A stretch of 64,000 bases of DNA, taken from IMG/VR virus record IMGVR_UViG_3300009509_000004, positions 42,759 to 106,758 of that record. One strand, 5' to 3'. Shown in pieces: positions 28,951 through 38,497 of this stretch; the first letter of the stretch is position 1; each line of letters starts with the position of its first letter. A program made the translations under genes and the position numbers. This DNA comes from a virus. The notes beneath the pieces were generated by a model, which worked only from the letters and a program-made list of their open reading frames with translations, was not told where the DNA came from and searched no databases.

Positions 28951-29055
28951 GGGTGGACGGCACCAGGGTGCAGGAGATCAGACCAAGAAGAAAACCCAAG
29001 AAGCCTGAGCCCTATCTGGCGGTTGGCATGGCCATAGCACCCTGGTGCCTCACCC
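28951..29055 (-). other. Intergenic structured element closed by a 13-bp perfect inverted repeat
   Basis: ggcaccagggtgc 28959-28971 pairs with gcaccctggtgcc 29037-29049. Confidence 0.5.
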
Positions 29056-29078
29056 GTTTTTCAGGGTTGCTTGCGATC

Positions 29079-29378
29079 TTACTCGTAAGCAATCCAGTGG
29101 ACAAGCTCGTCAGCCACGTTGAGGTCTGCATCAACCCCAAGTCGGAAGCCATCCGACAACGGGGTGATACCCAATGTGGTGATGAAGCTGGAAGCGCCCG
29201 CCGCCAGCTGCTTGTGCCCTGCGCCGTCTGCCATCTTGTCGGTCCAAGTCAGCTTGTCGCTGCTTGCCTCGTTGATGAGCTGAACAACGCTGGGCCTGAA
29301 ACCGACCGTGCGAACATCCAGGTCAGCGCCAGTGCCCAAAACCGATCCCGTCATCACTCTTGAAACGCCAGAAGCCAT
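29079..29378 (-). CDS. Small virion-type beta protein
   Basis: Start 29378 with AGGAGGTG RBS; GTG...VGFRPSVV...HWIAYE. Confidence 0.65.
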   Translation of the reverse strand: MASGVSRVMTGSVLGTGADLDVRTVGFRPSVVQLINEASSDKLTWTDKMADGAGHKQLAAGASSFITTLGITPLSDGFRLGVDADLNVADELVHWIAYE

Positions 29379-29509
29379 CTTGTCACCTCCTGTGTGATTG
29401 GCCCTTGACGGTTTGCGCCCATGGCTGTGACGCATTCCTGTGCTTGCGCACTTGGGCCTGGTTCAAAAACATGTCAGATGAGAAGATAACGCCATCACCC
29501 GCCTTTTGT

Positions 29510-29848
29510 CTAGCCTTTCAGCTTCTTGTTCCAGGTCATCGCATCCAACTCTACATTGGCGTTGAATTTCTGGTAATTGCCAAGATGACCCACCAAAAGA
29601 TGGCAATTTATGCCGTATGTTTTGCGCTCACACAACACAAGCAGGTTCTCTTTGGACAGCTCCTGGTCTGGTGCGATATGGAACGGCACGATGTGGTGGA
29701 CCTCCAACTTTTTGGTGCCTTCACATATCGCACAGCGCTTTGTGTCCTTGATCACCTGCTTGCGCAGCTTGGACCACTCTGACGACCTGCGAGCACCCTT
29801 TGGCGCTTTCCCCTGTATGCGGTCTTTGAGCAACTTCATGACATCCAT
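29510..29848 (-). CDS. HNH endonuclease (packaging-associated candidate)
   Basis: CAIC...EVHHIVP...NLLVLC...CHLLVGH. Confidence 0.85.
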   Translation of the reverse strand: MDVMKLLKDRIQGKAPKGARRSSEWSKLRKQVIKDTKRCAICEGTKKLEVHHIVPFHIAPDQELSKENLLVLCERKTYGINCHLLVGHLGNYQKFNANVELDAMTWNKKLKG

Positions 29849-29957
29849 GGCAACCTCCATTCTGGTAGAAAAAGGCAGCCAGTGCCAAGAGCAGAGCTGC
29901 AGCGACCATCAGCCAATCCCGATCCTTGGGAAATGGGTCTTGTTTGCGATGCCTCAT
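29721..29957 (-). CDS. Small membrane protein overlapping the HNH 5' end
   Basis: Strong AAAGGAGGT RBS; one TM helix. Confidence 0.4.
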   Translation of the reverse strand: MRHRKQDPFPKDRDWLMVAAALLLALAAFFYQNGGCHGCHEVAQRPHTGESAKGCSQVVRVVQAAQAGDQGHKALCDM

Positions 29958-29984
29958 GGTGCACCTCCTTTGGTGGTGCGCCCC

Positions 29985-30215
29985 TCAGCAGCAATCAGCG
30001 ATGATCACATGGCATTTGGGGCACACGAGTCTCGCCCCGATAGGATAACCTGTTGTGCCACAGATTTGGCAAGTGGAAGCAGCTTCTGGTGGGATGTAAG
30101 CGTGTGCGTGTTGCAAGTGTGGAATGAATGTATCTTCAGCGCCGCCTGTGCTTTCGTCATCCATGAAGGCGAATGACAGCTGTGGGCTTTGTGCTTTCTT
30201 TTTCGATGGGGACAT
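29985..30215 (-). CDS. Small Zn-ribbon protein
   Basis: CQIC...CPKC; QLSFAF motif. Confidence 0.45.
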   Translation of the reverse strand: MSPSKKKAQSPQLSFAFMDDESTGGAEDTFIPHLQHAHAYIPPEAASTCQICGTTGYPIGARLVCPKCHVIIADCC

Positions 30216-30459
30216 CCAGGATCACCTTGCCAAACTGGTCATACCTGAATGTTTTTTGGTCTGCCCTGACTCCAAATGCGTCCAGTTCATCAAGCGCCCT
30301 CTCCATCCTCATCTCATATCTGTCATATGAAGCCTGTGCCTTTTCAAGCTCCCTGTTTGCGGCACTGAGCCGCTTCTTGGCCTTCCTGAGCGCTTCCTTG
30401 TTGTTGTGGTACCGTCGCTGTACAGCGACGATCTCCTGAAGCGCCACAGTGTAGGTCAT
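30157..30459 (-). CDS. Coiled-coil hypothetical protein
   Basis: 100 aa; ATGA overlap. Confidence 0.55.
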   Translation of the reverse strand: MTYTVALQEIVAVQRRYHNNKEALRKAKKRLSAANRELEKAQASYDRYEMRMERALDELDAFGVRADQKTFRYDQFGKVILDVPIEKESTKPTAVIRLHG

Positions 30460-30668
30460 TTTGGTTCAGGCGTGATCGAGGCAGCCCGCATGAACGCATC
30501 GGCAACAGCCTGAGCGCTCATCTCGTTTGCCGCTAGAACCTGTTTGAACACATCTGCAAGTATAGACACAAGCTGGCCTCTCGCCGCTTCATAGACGGCA
30601 ATTTTGCGCTCCAATTCTTGCACCCTATCTCGCAGGTGACGTATCTCTGCGATCTGGCTCTCATCCAT
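30456..30668 (-). CDS. Coiled-coil hypothetical protein
   Basis: 70 aa; GAGGTG RBS. Confidence 0.55.
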   Translation of the reverse strand: MDESQIAEIRHLRDRVQELERKIAVYEAARGQLVSILADVFKQVLAANEMSAQAVADAFMRAASITPEPK

Positions 30669-30677
30669 CCATTCACC

Positions 30678-31034
30678 TCAATTCAAATGGCTCTTGTCAG
30701 GCTGAGGTGGTTGCTGGGTGTGAACCACTTGCACAACTTCCTCGATGCGGATCGGCGGCATCGGGATGACGTCTGTGAAGTCATCTCCCAATTGCTCGCA
30801 AAGCGCCTCTCCAGCGACAGACAAGACTTTCATCACATTCAAAAACTGCATGACGCTGGTCTCCATGTCGCTGCTGATGCGCTCGATCTCGTTGACCGAA
30901 TAGGCCAGATATGTGACGTTGGCACATGATTCGCCCTTTTCGTGGGCTATGTCATGCACCTTCCCGATGTTCTTCTTGACCACCTCGCACCATTTGCGCA
31001 TGGCAAGAACTGCAGCAATCATGCCGTTGTCCAT
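30678..31034 (-). CDS. Hypothetical protein
   Basis: 118 aa; AGGAGG RBS. Confidence 0.6.
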   Translation of the reverse strand: MDNGMIAAVLAMRKWCEVVKKNIGKVHDIAHEKGESCANVTYLAYSVNEIERISSDMETSVMQFLNVMKVLSVAGEALCEQLGDDFTDVIPMPPIRIEEVVQVVHTQQPPQPDKSHLN

Positions 31035-31081
31035 TTTCGCCTCCTGCCCTACTCTACCGTGGGCCGTGTTGTTCCGATGAA

Positions 31082-31573
31082 TTAGTGTGGCAGCTGTTCA
31101 CGTGTCATTTCCATCTTGAACGTCCACAACTCGCCTGGCACACTCACAGTGATCATGGGGCTATCCGGTGACTTGTCCACGCCCCAACCGCCCGCATCAA
31201 ACTGCGTTTGGAAGTAGCGCAGCAGCGTCTGATAGAACAGCTCATGGATGATAACTGGGTTGATGGTGGCCACCCGCCCTGCATTGTCCTGCGACGTTCC
31301 TGTCCAATCAATGTACGTCTTGGGATTCTTGTCCAACTTCTCAGGGGCAATCCCTTCAGGAGCATACAGCCGCCCCTCGCAATTCATATCCATTGTTGCT
31401 TTGAGCACAGCATCCATGACATTGTGAAGCATTCCTGGGCCTGCGACAGCAAGCCTGAATGGCAACAACGCCTCCTGCACCTTGTCTTTGTACGCCTCCA
31501 GATCATCAGCCGTGTTGAATTGCACGCCCAAATCCTTCAGGAATTTGATCAAGTCAAATTTCATGCTCATCAT
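31082..31573 (-). CDS. Hypothetical protein
   Basis: 163 aa; coupled overlap. Confidence 0.6.
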   Translation of the reverse strand: MMSMKFDLIKFLKDLGVQFNTADDLEAYKDKVQEALLPFRLAVAGPGMLHNVMDAVLKATMDMNCEGRLYAPEGIAPEKLDKNPKTYIDWTGTSQDNAGRVATINPVIIHELFYQTLLRYFQTQFDAGGWGVDKSPDSPMITVSVPGELWTFKMEMTREQLPH

Positions 31574-31974
31574 TGCTCTGGTCCTCCAATCGGCGGCACA
31601 GGGTCATCAACCCCGCCAATTGCGCCGTCCTTTTCCAAGTAGCCTTCAGCGATCTCCTTTGCGCCCATCACCTGCCTTGCCTTGCTGACAGGGTATCCGC
31701 CCGTTGCTCGCTTCCACAACGCCGTCGTCACCAAAGGCATCATCTCGTTGTCGAGACCAAGACGTTGAAGCACCTCGATGAACTGCCCCTCGCAGATCGC
31801 GTTGACTCGCTGAATGCCGTCACACCACGTGATTGTCACCGCGTCCAGCCGCTTCAAAAGCGTGTTCTGCTCTCTGAGATTCTTGTTGATCCACAACGTG
31901 TGCGCCCATAACATCGCAAAGATCAAGGCCAATACAGGCCAGCCATATCGTTTGATGCGCTGTCTCACCTTCAC
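31570..31974 (-). CDS. N-terminally membrane-anchored protein
   Basis: Basic N-terminus, TM segment, then helix. Confidence 0.5.
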   Translation of the reverse strand: MKVRQRIKRYGWPVLALIFAMLWAHTLWINKNLREQNTLLKRLDAVTITWCDGIQRVNAICEGQFIEVLQRLGLDNEMMPLVTTALWKRATGGYPVSKARQVMGAKEIAEGYLEKDGAIGGVDDPVPPIGGPEQ

Positions 31975-32104
31975 CTCTTGAAGATGCGGCGCACGACCCT
32001 ACAGCCCGCTGACCACACCTGGTACGCAAGGATGCCGATGAATACACCTGCTGCGGTGTCGATGATCATCCGCGCATCCTCCATTTCAAACCACCAAAAC
32101 CAGC

Positions 32105-32485
32105 TCATTGCTCCCTCAGCAAGCTGATGCACTCCAACAGCTGCGTACACGAGTGCTGTGGATATGGGACGTTGGTGAAAAACTTGTCTTCACCAATTTC
32201 GTCAATGAAGCTGTTCAACATCATGCACAGGACGTTGATGCCTTCTGCGATGTCGCCAACCAACTCGACATCTGATATGACATCATCCCCAAGCTCGTTG
32301 AACATCCTGCCAAGCGCCGTCCACACCCAAGCAATGATCGGCCCAACAGTCTCACCGATGGCATTTTGCCCCGCGCCAAGCTGATGGACGCATATCCATG
32401 GCTGTTTCGACTCCTTGTGCCAGTCGCGCAATTCAACAACCATCTTTCTCAAGTCGCCTTCTTTCCCTGAATCTACATCAAGCAC
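32105..32485 (-). CDS. Hypothetical protein
   Basis: Likely GTG start near 32485 after GGAGG; acidic helical. Confidence 0.5.
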   Translation of the reverse strand: MLDVDSGKEGDLRKMVVELRDWHKESKQPWICVHQLGAGQNAIGETVGPIIAWVWTALGRMFNELGDDVISDVELVGDIAEGINVLCMMLNSFIDEIGEDKFFTNVPYPQHSCTQLLECISLLREQ

Positions 32486-33137
32486 GTGCTGCCTCCAATC
32501 TGTATTTGTGCGCCAACATCTCGATGAGCTTGTCAGCTGGTTGATTGTCAACATTCCATGCCAGGCGCATCACCTCCATGCCCTTTGACCAAGCATGTTG
32601 CCCCGCCTCGATCTGGACCATCAAATCCAGATAGCCTTTGCGCAGATCCTTCAGGTATTGCAGTGGCAGCCCTTCCTCTGCCGATCTGTTGCGCTTTTGA
32701 ACCCGCTCGTGCGCAACCTCTGGCTCGACATCAAGGAAGATCAGCAGGCTGGGTGGGATGAGTGAGCAGACCATGATGTCATAGCACCGCTCATAGGTTT
32801 GCCACTCGACCTCTGCCATGTTCCCTGCGAGCATGTGGAGGTGGGCAAACACCCGATCACCTGGCATGCCTCTGTCAAGGATGGCCCCAGCAAAGCCGCC
32901 CGCCGCCGTTGCTTCAAATGCCGCCAACTTCTGCATGGCGTATCGCCTATGGAGCAATTCAATCTGCATTGGGAATGCCCAGCGCTTGGGCTCCTGATAG
33001 AACATCCCCAAATATGGGTTGTCCTCAACAGGCTCCTTGATCGCCCTCAGCGCCAGCCTCGATGCCAGTTGGTCTGTTATTGTTGATTTGCCGGCACCGA
33101 TGATGCCCTCAATCCAGATGATTGGCCCATAAGTCAT
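32478..33137 (-). CDS. Deoxynucleoside kinase
   Basis: IEGIIGAGKST P-loop, EPV, DRG..GD.VFA, R.R.AE lid. Confidence 0.9.
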   Translation of the reverse strand: MTYGPIIWIEGIIGAGKSTITDQLASRLALRAIKEPVEDNPYLGMFYQEPKRWAFPMQIELLHRRYAMQKLAAFEATAAGGFAGAILDRGMPGDRVFAHLHMLAGNMAEVEWQTYERCYDIMVCSLIPPSLLIFLDVEPEVAHERVQKRNRSAEEGLPLQYLKDLRKGYLDLMVQIEAGQHAWSKGMEVMRLAWNVDNQPADKLIEMLAHKYRLEAARA

Positions 33138-33169
33138 ACACGCCTCCCTGCACACAATTATTGTGTTAG

Positions 33170-34087
33170 TTACATGTCATCCATATCTCTGAAGCCCAAC
33201 CAAATAGGGATGCGTGGAAGATCCTTGACCCCTTGCGGTTGGTACTTGTACTTCACAATCTTGCCAAGGTATTTGCTCTGGTTCTCCCAAATCTCCTTGC
33301 GCATTTCCTTGGTCATCCCCTTGGCGCTGCCGATCCTGAACTCCCTGCCTTCAAAAAGGCCATGGATGTCCTTGACGATGAATTTGCCCAGATGCCCGTT
33401 TGGAACCTTGCCCGCCTTTGCTGACGACCTCTTGGCATGACCAAGCTCGTCAACCCCAAGCTCGTTGTTGTTGGTCATCTGCTCTTCAAATCCGATGACC
33501 TCTGCCTCTGAATCCAAGAATATCTTGAGCTTGAGCATGAATCGCTCATTCCACGTGGAACGCCCGCACTTGTATGGGCTGTCTGGGGTGCGCATGATCA
33601 GCCCCTCAAACCCCTCATCCAAGCACTGTTTCTCATATGCCCTCAGCTCTTCAACCGACTCGATGACCTTGAACGGCAGCATCTTGATGTACTGCTTTGC
33701 CTCATCGGTGACGTGGTGCTTCATGAGCTGGACAAGCGCCTTCAGCCTGTCTGTGTACGGCACACTGGTGTCGCCTCCAGGCACGTAATCAAACAGCCGC
33801 AATGTGAATTCTGGCTCGCCGTCCTGAGACATGATGGCTGATGTGCACTTCTGAAAGCTGTCGCCCGCAAACAATTCACCATCCATGAACTGAATCATGT
33901 GCCGTTCCAGCGTCGTGCGGATGTGGTCATTTTTGATTGGCTTGAACGACCTGCTGAGCACTCGACCGTCTGGGTTGATGCACCTGATGCCATCGACCTT
34001 GGGCGAAGCAATCATTGGAAATTCCAGCGCGTTGACGTCATCGTCTTCAAGGAATCTGTCACACGCCAGCATTGGCTTCTTGATCAT
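33170..34087 (-). CDS. ATP-dependent DNA ligase
   Basis: KPMLA, SPKVDGIR (motif I), DGEL, EGLIMR, KLK; start reassigned to 34087. Confidence 0.92.
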   Translation of the reverse strand: MIKKPMLACDRFLEDDDVNALEFPMIASPKVDGIRCINPDGRVLSRSFKPIKNDHIRTTLERHMIQFMDGELFAGDSFQKCTSAIMSQDGEPEFTLRLFDYVPGGDTSVPYTDRLKALVQLMKHHVTDEAKQYIKMLPFKVIESVEELRAYEKQCLDEGFEGLIMRTPDSPYKCGRSTWNERFMLKLKIFLDSEAEVIGFEEQMTNNNELGVDELGHAKRSSAKAGKVPNGHLGKFIVKDIHGLFEGREFRIGSAKGMTKEMRKEIWENQSKYLGKIVKYKYQPQGVKDLPRIPIWLGFRDMDDM

Positions 34088-34209
34088 CCGCTGATTCTCC
34101 CGATGTAAACGCACAGCACGGTGTATGCGATGAAAGCGCAAGGGATGATGAGCGCCATGAGCGCCTGCCTGAGCGCATACTTCAGAAACGTCTTTGGATC
34201 AATCCACAT
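34084..34209 (-). CDS. Small membrane peptide
   Basis: MWIDPKTF...hydrophobic helix; AGGAGAG RBS. Confidence 0.4.
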   Translation of the reverse strand: MWIDPKTFLKYALRQALMALIIPCAFIAYTVLCVYIGRISG

Positions 34210-34486
34210 GCTCTCTCCTGTCTTGCTCGGCACACCTTGCCGAGCAATAGCCATGCCCGCCAGGTGAGACTTTACGCCCACAACATGGGCATTTCAAATC
34301 TAATGGCTGGGCTGCCCATGGCGCGCATTTGAGGCACTTAGGCAACCAACCCACAATCTCGCCAGAGATCTGCACCACACAACGACCTCTCAACGCTGGG
34401 CATTCTGTCCATGCGTGGGCAGCCGTCCCCAGGTTGATTCGCCCATCCTTTTGGATGTGGCACGTCACATACCAACTGTGCTTCAT
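34199..34486 (-). CDS. Cys-rich hypothetical protein
   Basis: CLKC, CPCCG...YCSARC. Confidence 0.5.
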   Translation of the reverse strand: MKHSWYVTCHIQKDGRINLGTAAHAWTECPALRGRCVVQISGEIVGWLPKCLKCAPWAAQPLDLKCPCCGRKVSPGGHGYCSARCAEQDRREHVD

Positions 34487-34803
34487 GACATGTATCTCTT
34501 GCGTGCGCGTTCCATCACCTTGCCAGCCGTCTTGACCCCCTCGTCATATCCATCAAGGAAGTCTTGCGGTGCGACATATGTGGGCGCTGAATCCTGAGCG
34601 ATCTTGGGCAACGTCCCACCGACTCCGCATCTGAATCCTGTGCGCCAGCATTCAAGTCTTGTGGCGTTCCAAACCTGCTCACGCGTCACCTCGCCCTTCC
34701 TTGCGTTGTGGAAGGTGGTGCGATTGCCACCCGTCGTGCGGCATGGCTCACCTGGCTGCGCTCCACACTTGGCGCAATAGCAAAGCTCTGGTGGGTTTCT
34801 CAT
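34483..34803 (-). CDS. Zn-finger protein (CxxCGAxPGEPC...H..R)
   Basis: Start reassigned to 34803. Confidence 0.55.
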   Translation of the reverse strand: MRNPPELCYCAKCGAQPGEPCRTTGGNRTTFHNARKGEVTREQVWNATRLECWRTGFRCGVGGTLPKIAQDSAPTYVAPQDFLDGYDEGVKTAGKVMERARKRYMS

Positions 34804-34804
34804 A

Positions 34805-35566
34805 TCAATGCCCCTTCTTGCCCGCCTCGATGGCCTTGACCCGCTCTGACAACCCGTCGCTGACCGCCTTGGCCTTGCCACGCAACGCCTCGATGCCCGC
34901 CGCCTGAACAACGCCCGTCACCAGTGCATCGATCTCTGCCTTGGCCTGAACGGTGGTTTTCTCAACCGCCTCATTGAACGATTGGACCTGGAACGGGAAG
35001 TTGGCGTGCACCTCTCGCTGTACATACTCCAACAGCTGCTTGATTTCAGCTCTGTCGCCCTTGTTGATTGATGGTTTCTCTTCCAGCATCTTGGTCAACA
35101 CGGCAATCTTCTCATCCATGACCGATGCAATCTCATCGACCTTTGCCTTGAAGTCGTCAACGACCCGTTGTGGCTCTGACTTCTCATCTTCAGGGATCTC
35201 TGGCATCCTGTTGGCGACACCAAGGTGCTTGATGGTGCAAGGCACCCCAGAGCCAACGTTCATTGTCGTCAGAAGCTCTGCGAATTGGGCAGGGCTGAAC
35301 CAGACCTCGACAAGCTCCTTGCCGCCGTGGATCCAATCCCGCCCCAAGTCGTGCATGCGCTCGCCCTGACAGATCGTCAGACCGATGAAGCTGTGGTGTT
35401 CCTCGATGTTGGAGCCAAACAACTTCCCTGGGTGGCCGGTCATCCGGTGGAAGACAGCTGTGCCATAGGCTGGGTGGGTTTCGTATGTGCGATGTGGACC
35501 TTTGCCGGTGTACCGTCTGTATGTCCTGCCGTTTTCTTCCCATTCTTCCCAATCTTTTTTGCTCAT
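34805..35566 (-). CDS. Conserved phage hypothetical protein
   Basis: HPAYG...LFGS...SPAQFAELLTTMNVGSGVPCTI. Confidence 0.7.
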   Translation of the reverse strand: MSKKDWEEWEENGRTYRRYTGKGPHRTYETHPAYGTAVFHRMTGHPGKLFGSNIEEHHSFIGLTICQGERMHDLGRDWIHGGKELVEVWFSPAQFAELLTTMNVGSGVPCTIKHLGVANRMPEIPEDEKSEPQRVVDDFKAKVDEIASVMDEKIAVLTKMLEEKPSINKGDRAEIKQLLEYVQREVHANFPFQVQSFNEAVEKTTVQAKAEIDALVTGVVQAAGIEALRGKAKAVSDGLSERVKAIEAGKKGH

Positions 35567-37260
35567 GGCGTCACCTGAATCACCTTCCTGCTCGCCGGTA
35601 TGTATGGCTTGTCTTCTGGTCCCTTTATGTGGGCTGACTGTCGCCACCTGAGAATCGCAACCCACTCTCCAACTTCCTTGGGCCGCATTCCTCTCTTGGC
35701 AAGCACGACCGTGGCCCAATACGGCATCCCACCTGTTGTCCAAACCTGCCACTGCGCTCCTGTGCTGGTAGGCTTGCTGAATTTGACCCGCATCTCATCT
35801 GGCACTGGAAGTGGACCGCGCATGACCCTGTGCTTGTAATGCCCCTCGACATCCCAACGGTGTGACCACTCGATCTCCTTGGGTGGCAACAACCGCTCCT
35901 TGCGCTCTGTGACCTTGGGGACAACTGGCACAATGTAATATGGTGGAGGCGTGGGCCGCTTGATCTTCCAGCCCTGAGCCTTGACTGCCTTCTCATATGC
36001 ACGCCTGTGTCCAAGCCCTCGTTTCTCGATGATGATGTGCTGGTTCTGATTGATCTCTGTGATCAACTCCATGAGCAATTGCGGAGTTGGAGCCAATACG
36101 TTGGCCCACGCCCCGTCCCTGGTGCGCACCTCGTTGTATGACATCCCCTTCACTTCAAATGTGCGTTCATCGATGATCTTGGCAAACTCATACACACGAC
36201 CGTCATGAAGCACTAGGTGGGCAATGATGTCGATCTCAGTCTGCTCGGCAAGCTCCATCTTGTCGCCATACCCATATGCCTCCCAGACATCCCTCGGCAC
36301 GCTGATCCCTGGGCCATATCCGATGTAGCAAGCGTCAAATGGAAGCTCTGGCCATTCCCAAGTCTTGTGCCACTTCTTGAGTCTGTGTTCGACCACAGAC
36401 ACATTCTTGCCCTCGCCTTTGAAATGGATGACCATCTGCCGCGTGATGACCTTTGACCCGTCATCGTTCATGGCCAACTTTTCTTCCAACAATTCATTGG
36501 CGATGTTGAACACGTGATGTGGTTGAAACTCATACACACGTGCCATCCTGAGCAACGGCCACACTTTTCTGGCTTGCTCCACATGGAAATTGACCTGGTC
36601 ATCTGATGCAAGCTGCCTCTTGACGTCCTTTTGGGCCAACTTCTGCAACGTCATTTGGCAATTGACAAACCCGTCGATGGTCATTTGGTGAACTTCCTGC
36701 GGGGTTGTCGTGCGGATCGCCTCTGGGCCTGTGAACATCTGTGTGGTGATGAATCGTTCCTTGATTGCCGGTGGATCATCCCGCAAGATGCTTTTGACCA
36801 ATGAATCACGCTCAATGGTCCCTCTTTCAATGAGTGCATGAGCGATGCCCTGAAACTTTCTCCACAGCTCGTTGTATTCTTGCTGCCTCGACTCGTCATT
36901 GCTCGACTCGATGCCGTGCAATCTCTCTGCCAAGACCTTGAGCTCACCTCCCCTGGCGATGGTAGGTGGTGGCTTTGCGTATCTGGTCAGCGGGTTGCCT
37001 TCATTGAGGTATGTGAAGAACTTGGCCTCAAGCGCATCACGCCAACCATAATCAGGGATCTTGTGGCCTTGCCGCCGATATTCAGCCATGACGTCTTGAA
37101 ACAGGCTTGCATATCGTTCCAACAACCCCTCATCCGTCCTGCCCTCAACATACAGCTCTTCAATTCTGATGGCCGCCTTCATCGTTTCGTTGAAACGCTG
37201 GACAGCCTCATCTGTGGCGTCATGTTTTTGTTTGCGTCTGCGTTTGCTGCGCTTGGACAT
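35563..37260 (-). CDS. Large hypothetical protein
   Basis: 565 aa; C-terminal HRWDVEGH...HIKGPEDKP; AGGAGG RBS. Confidence 0.7.
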   Translation of the reverse strand: MSKRSKRRRKQKHDATDEAVQRFNETMKAAIRIEELYVEGRTDEGLLERYASLFQDVMAEYRRQGHKIPDYGWRDALEAKFFTYLNEGNPLTRYAKPPPTIARGGELKVLAERLHGIESSNDESRQQEYNELWRKFQGIAHALIERGTIERDSLVKSILRDDPPAIKERFITTQMFTGPEAIRTTTPQEVHQMTIDGFVNCQMTLQKLAQKDVKRQLASDDQVNFHVEQARKVWPLLRMARVYEFQPHHVFNIANELLEEKLAMNDDGSKVITRQMVIHFKGEGKNVSVVEHRLKKWHKTWEWPELPFDACYIGYGPGISVPRDVWEAYGYGDKMELAEQTEIDIIAHLVLHDGRVYEFAKIIDERTFEVKGMSYNEVRTRDGAWANVLAPTPQLLMELITEINQNQHIIIEKRGLGHRRAYEKAVKAQGWKIKRPTPPPYYIVPVVPKVTERKERLLPPKEIEWSHRWDVEGHYKHRVMRGPLPVPDEMRVKFSKPTSTGAQWQVWTTGGMPYWATVVLAKRGMRPKEVGEWVAILRWRQSAHIKGPEDKPYIPASRKVIQVTP

Positions 37261-37313
37261 GTTCGCCTCCTACATACTACTATGCAGAAGCCACATGGAC
37301 AGATGAATCGCGG

Positions 37314-37535
37314 TCAACTTTTTTTGGCTGTGGCTTTCCAAAGTTGGAAATTGTGAAGACACTCGCTGCAATAGGTGTATCCCTTCCTGTGCAGCAATTC
37401 CTTGTTCTCATCGGTGCCGGCATCGTGGAAGCTCACCCACAAGTCTCCACCGCCTCGCTTCTGGATCTCTGGCCAGAACACCCGACAGAACGTGAACCCG
37501 TGGATGAGTATGTGCGCGATATGGGCCATCATCAA
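37314..37535 (-). CDS. Small hypothetical protein
   Basis: 73 aa; CSEC. Confidence 0.45.
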   Translation of the reverse strand: MMMAHIAHILIHGFTFCRVFWPEIQKRGGGDLWVSFHDAGTDENKELLHRKGYTYCSECLHNFQLWKATAKKS

Positions 37536-38068
37536 TCCTCAAGATGTTTTGGGTCAAACCTAGTTTTGCGCACTTGGTGGACATTGACTTCATCGCCCAA
37601 GAATCCCAAATTGCGCCCTCCAAAATCCAAGAATCTCGCCCTGATTTTGTACCTGCCTGCGATGAAGTCATACGCCAATGGTGTTGGCCTCCACTTGCCC
37701 TGAGACAGATGCCCTGATGGCCTTGGTTTGGCTTCGATGAACCCCCAATGACGCATCTTCACATACTCAGGGATGTGCTTGACAAGATTTGGGTTGGCCT
37801 GAGGCATGACTATCCACCTGCCTCCATTTTTCCTGTATCTGTCGCACATCCACTTCAACGCATACAGCATCCGATCTGTGAAATATGGCTTGTACACCTT
37901 TGCCTTCCTGTCGCACATCGGGCACCAACATCCAGCATCCACATAATCTTTGAACTTGTCCAGCACAGCCTCAACCGACTCGCTTGGGTGGAATGGGATG
38001 CGCACATATCGGATCTTTGCTTTGAGTGGTTTCTTCTTGCGTTTGTGTTTCTTTTTAGCCATCACCAA
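37532..38068 (-). CDS. Putative winged-helix DNA-binding protein with CxxC
   Basis: CPMC; KMRHWGFIE...GKWRPTPLAYDF. Confidence 0.55.
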   Translation of the reverse strand: MVMAKKKHKRKKKPLKAKIRYVRIPFHPSESVEAVLDKFKDYVDAGCWCPMCDRKAKVYKPYFTDRMLYALKWMCDRYRKNGGRWIVMPQANPNLVKHIPEYVKMRHWGFIEAKPRPSGHLSQGKWRPTPLAYDFIAGRYKIRARFLDFGGRNLGFLGDEVNVHQVRKTRFDPKHLED

Positions 38069-38496
38069 TTCCCATCCACGGTTTCAGCCTCGCCAAATGT
38101 GCAAGGCCCGCACATTCCTGTGACTCGATGCGTGGGCCTCGCCCCGCAAACCATGCATTCAACCGTCCAATCTGGGGTGCTGCACATGTCGCAGATGGTG
38201 TCCATGTCACCAAGCTCTGCGGCCCACTCTTCATCCAGCACCACGTCCTTGCCGCAATGGGCGCATTTCTTCACAGTTTTCTTGTATTCGCTAACTGTGC
38301 CCGATGCCACTTTTTGGCTCTTGACCCCAACCTTTTCGGTGGGAATCGTGTCAAAAAGTGGTGTATTTTCGGATGATTTTGGGGATTTTTTGGTGCGGCG
38401 TGGTCTGATTTTGAGATTTTTTGCGGTATTTCCTGGAATTTTCGTGGAATTTTTGCTGCTTTTCGACATCTTGGCCTCCAGGTGGGGCCAAGACAC
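38062..38496 (-). CDS. Multi-CxxC Zn-binding protein
   Basis: Four CxxC pairs; start uncertain. Confidence 0.45.
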   Translation of the reverse strand: MSWPHLEAKMSKSSKNSTKIPGNTAKNLKIRPRRTKKSPKSSENTPLFDTIPTEKVGVKSQKVASGTVSEYKKTVKKCAHCGKDVVLDEEWAAELGDMDTICDMCSTPDWTVECMVCGARPTHRVTGMCGPCTFGEAETVDGNW

Positions 38497-38497
38497 A

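Noticed and set aside
29836-29860. CxxCH heme motif (CHGCH) in ORF 29721-29957
   Set aside because: It coincides with the RBS and start codons of the overlapping HNH gene, so it is likely a by-product.
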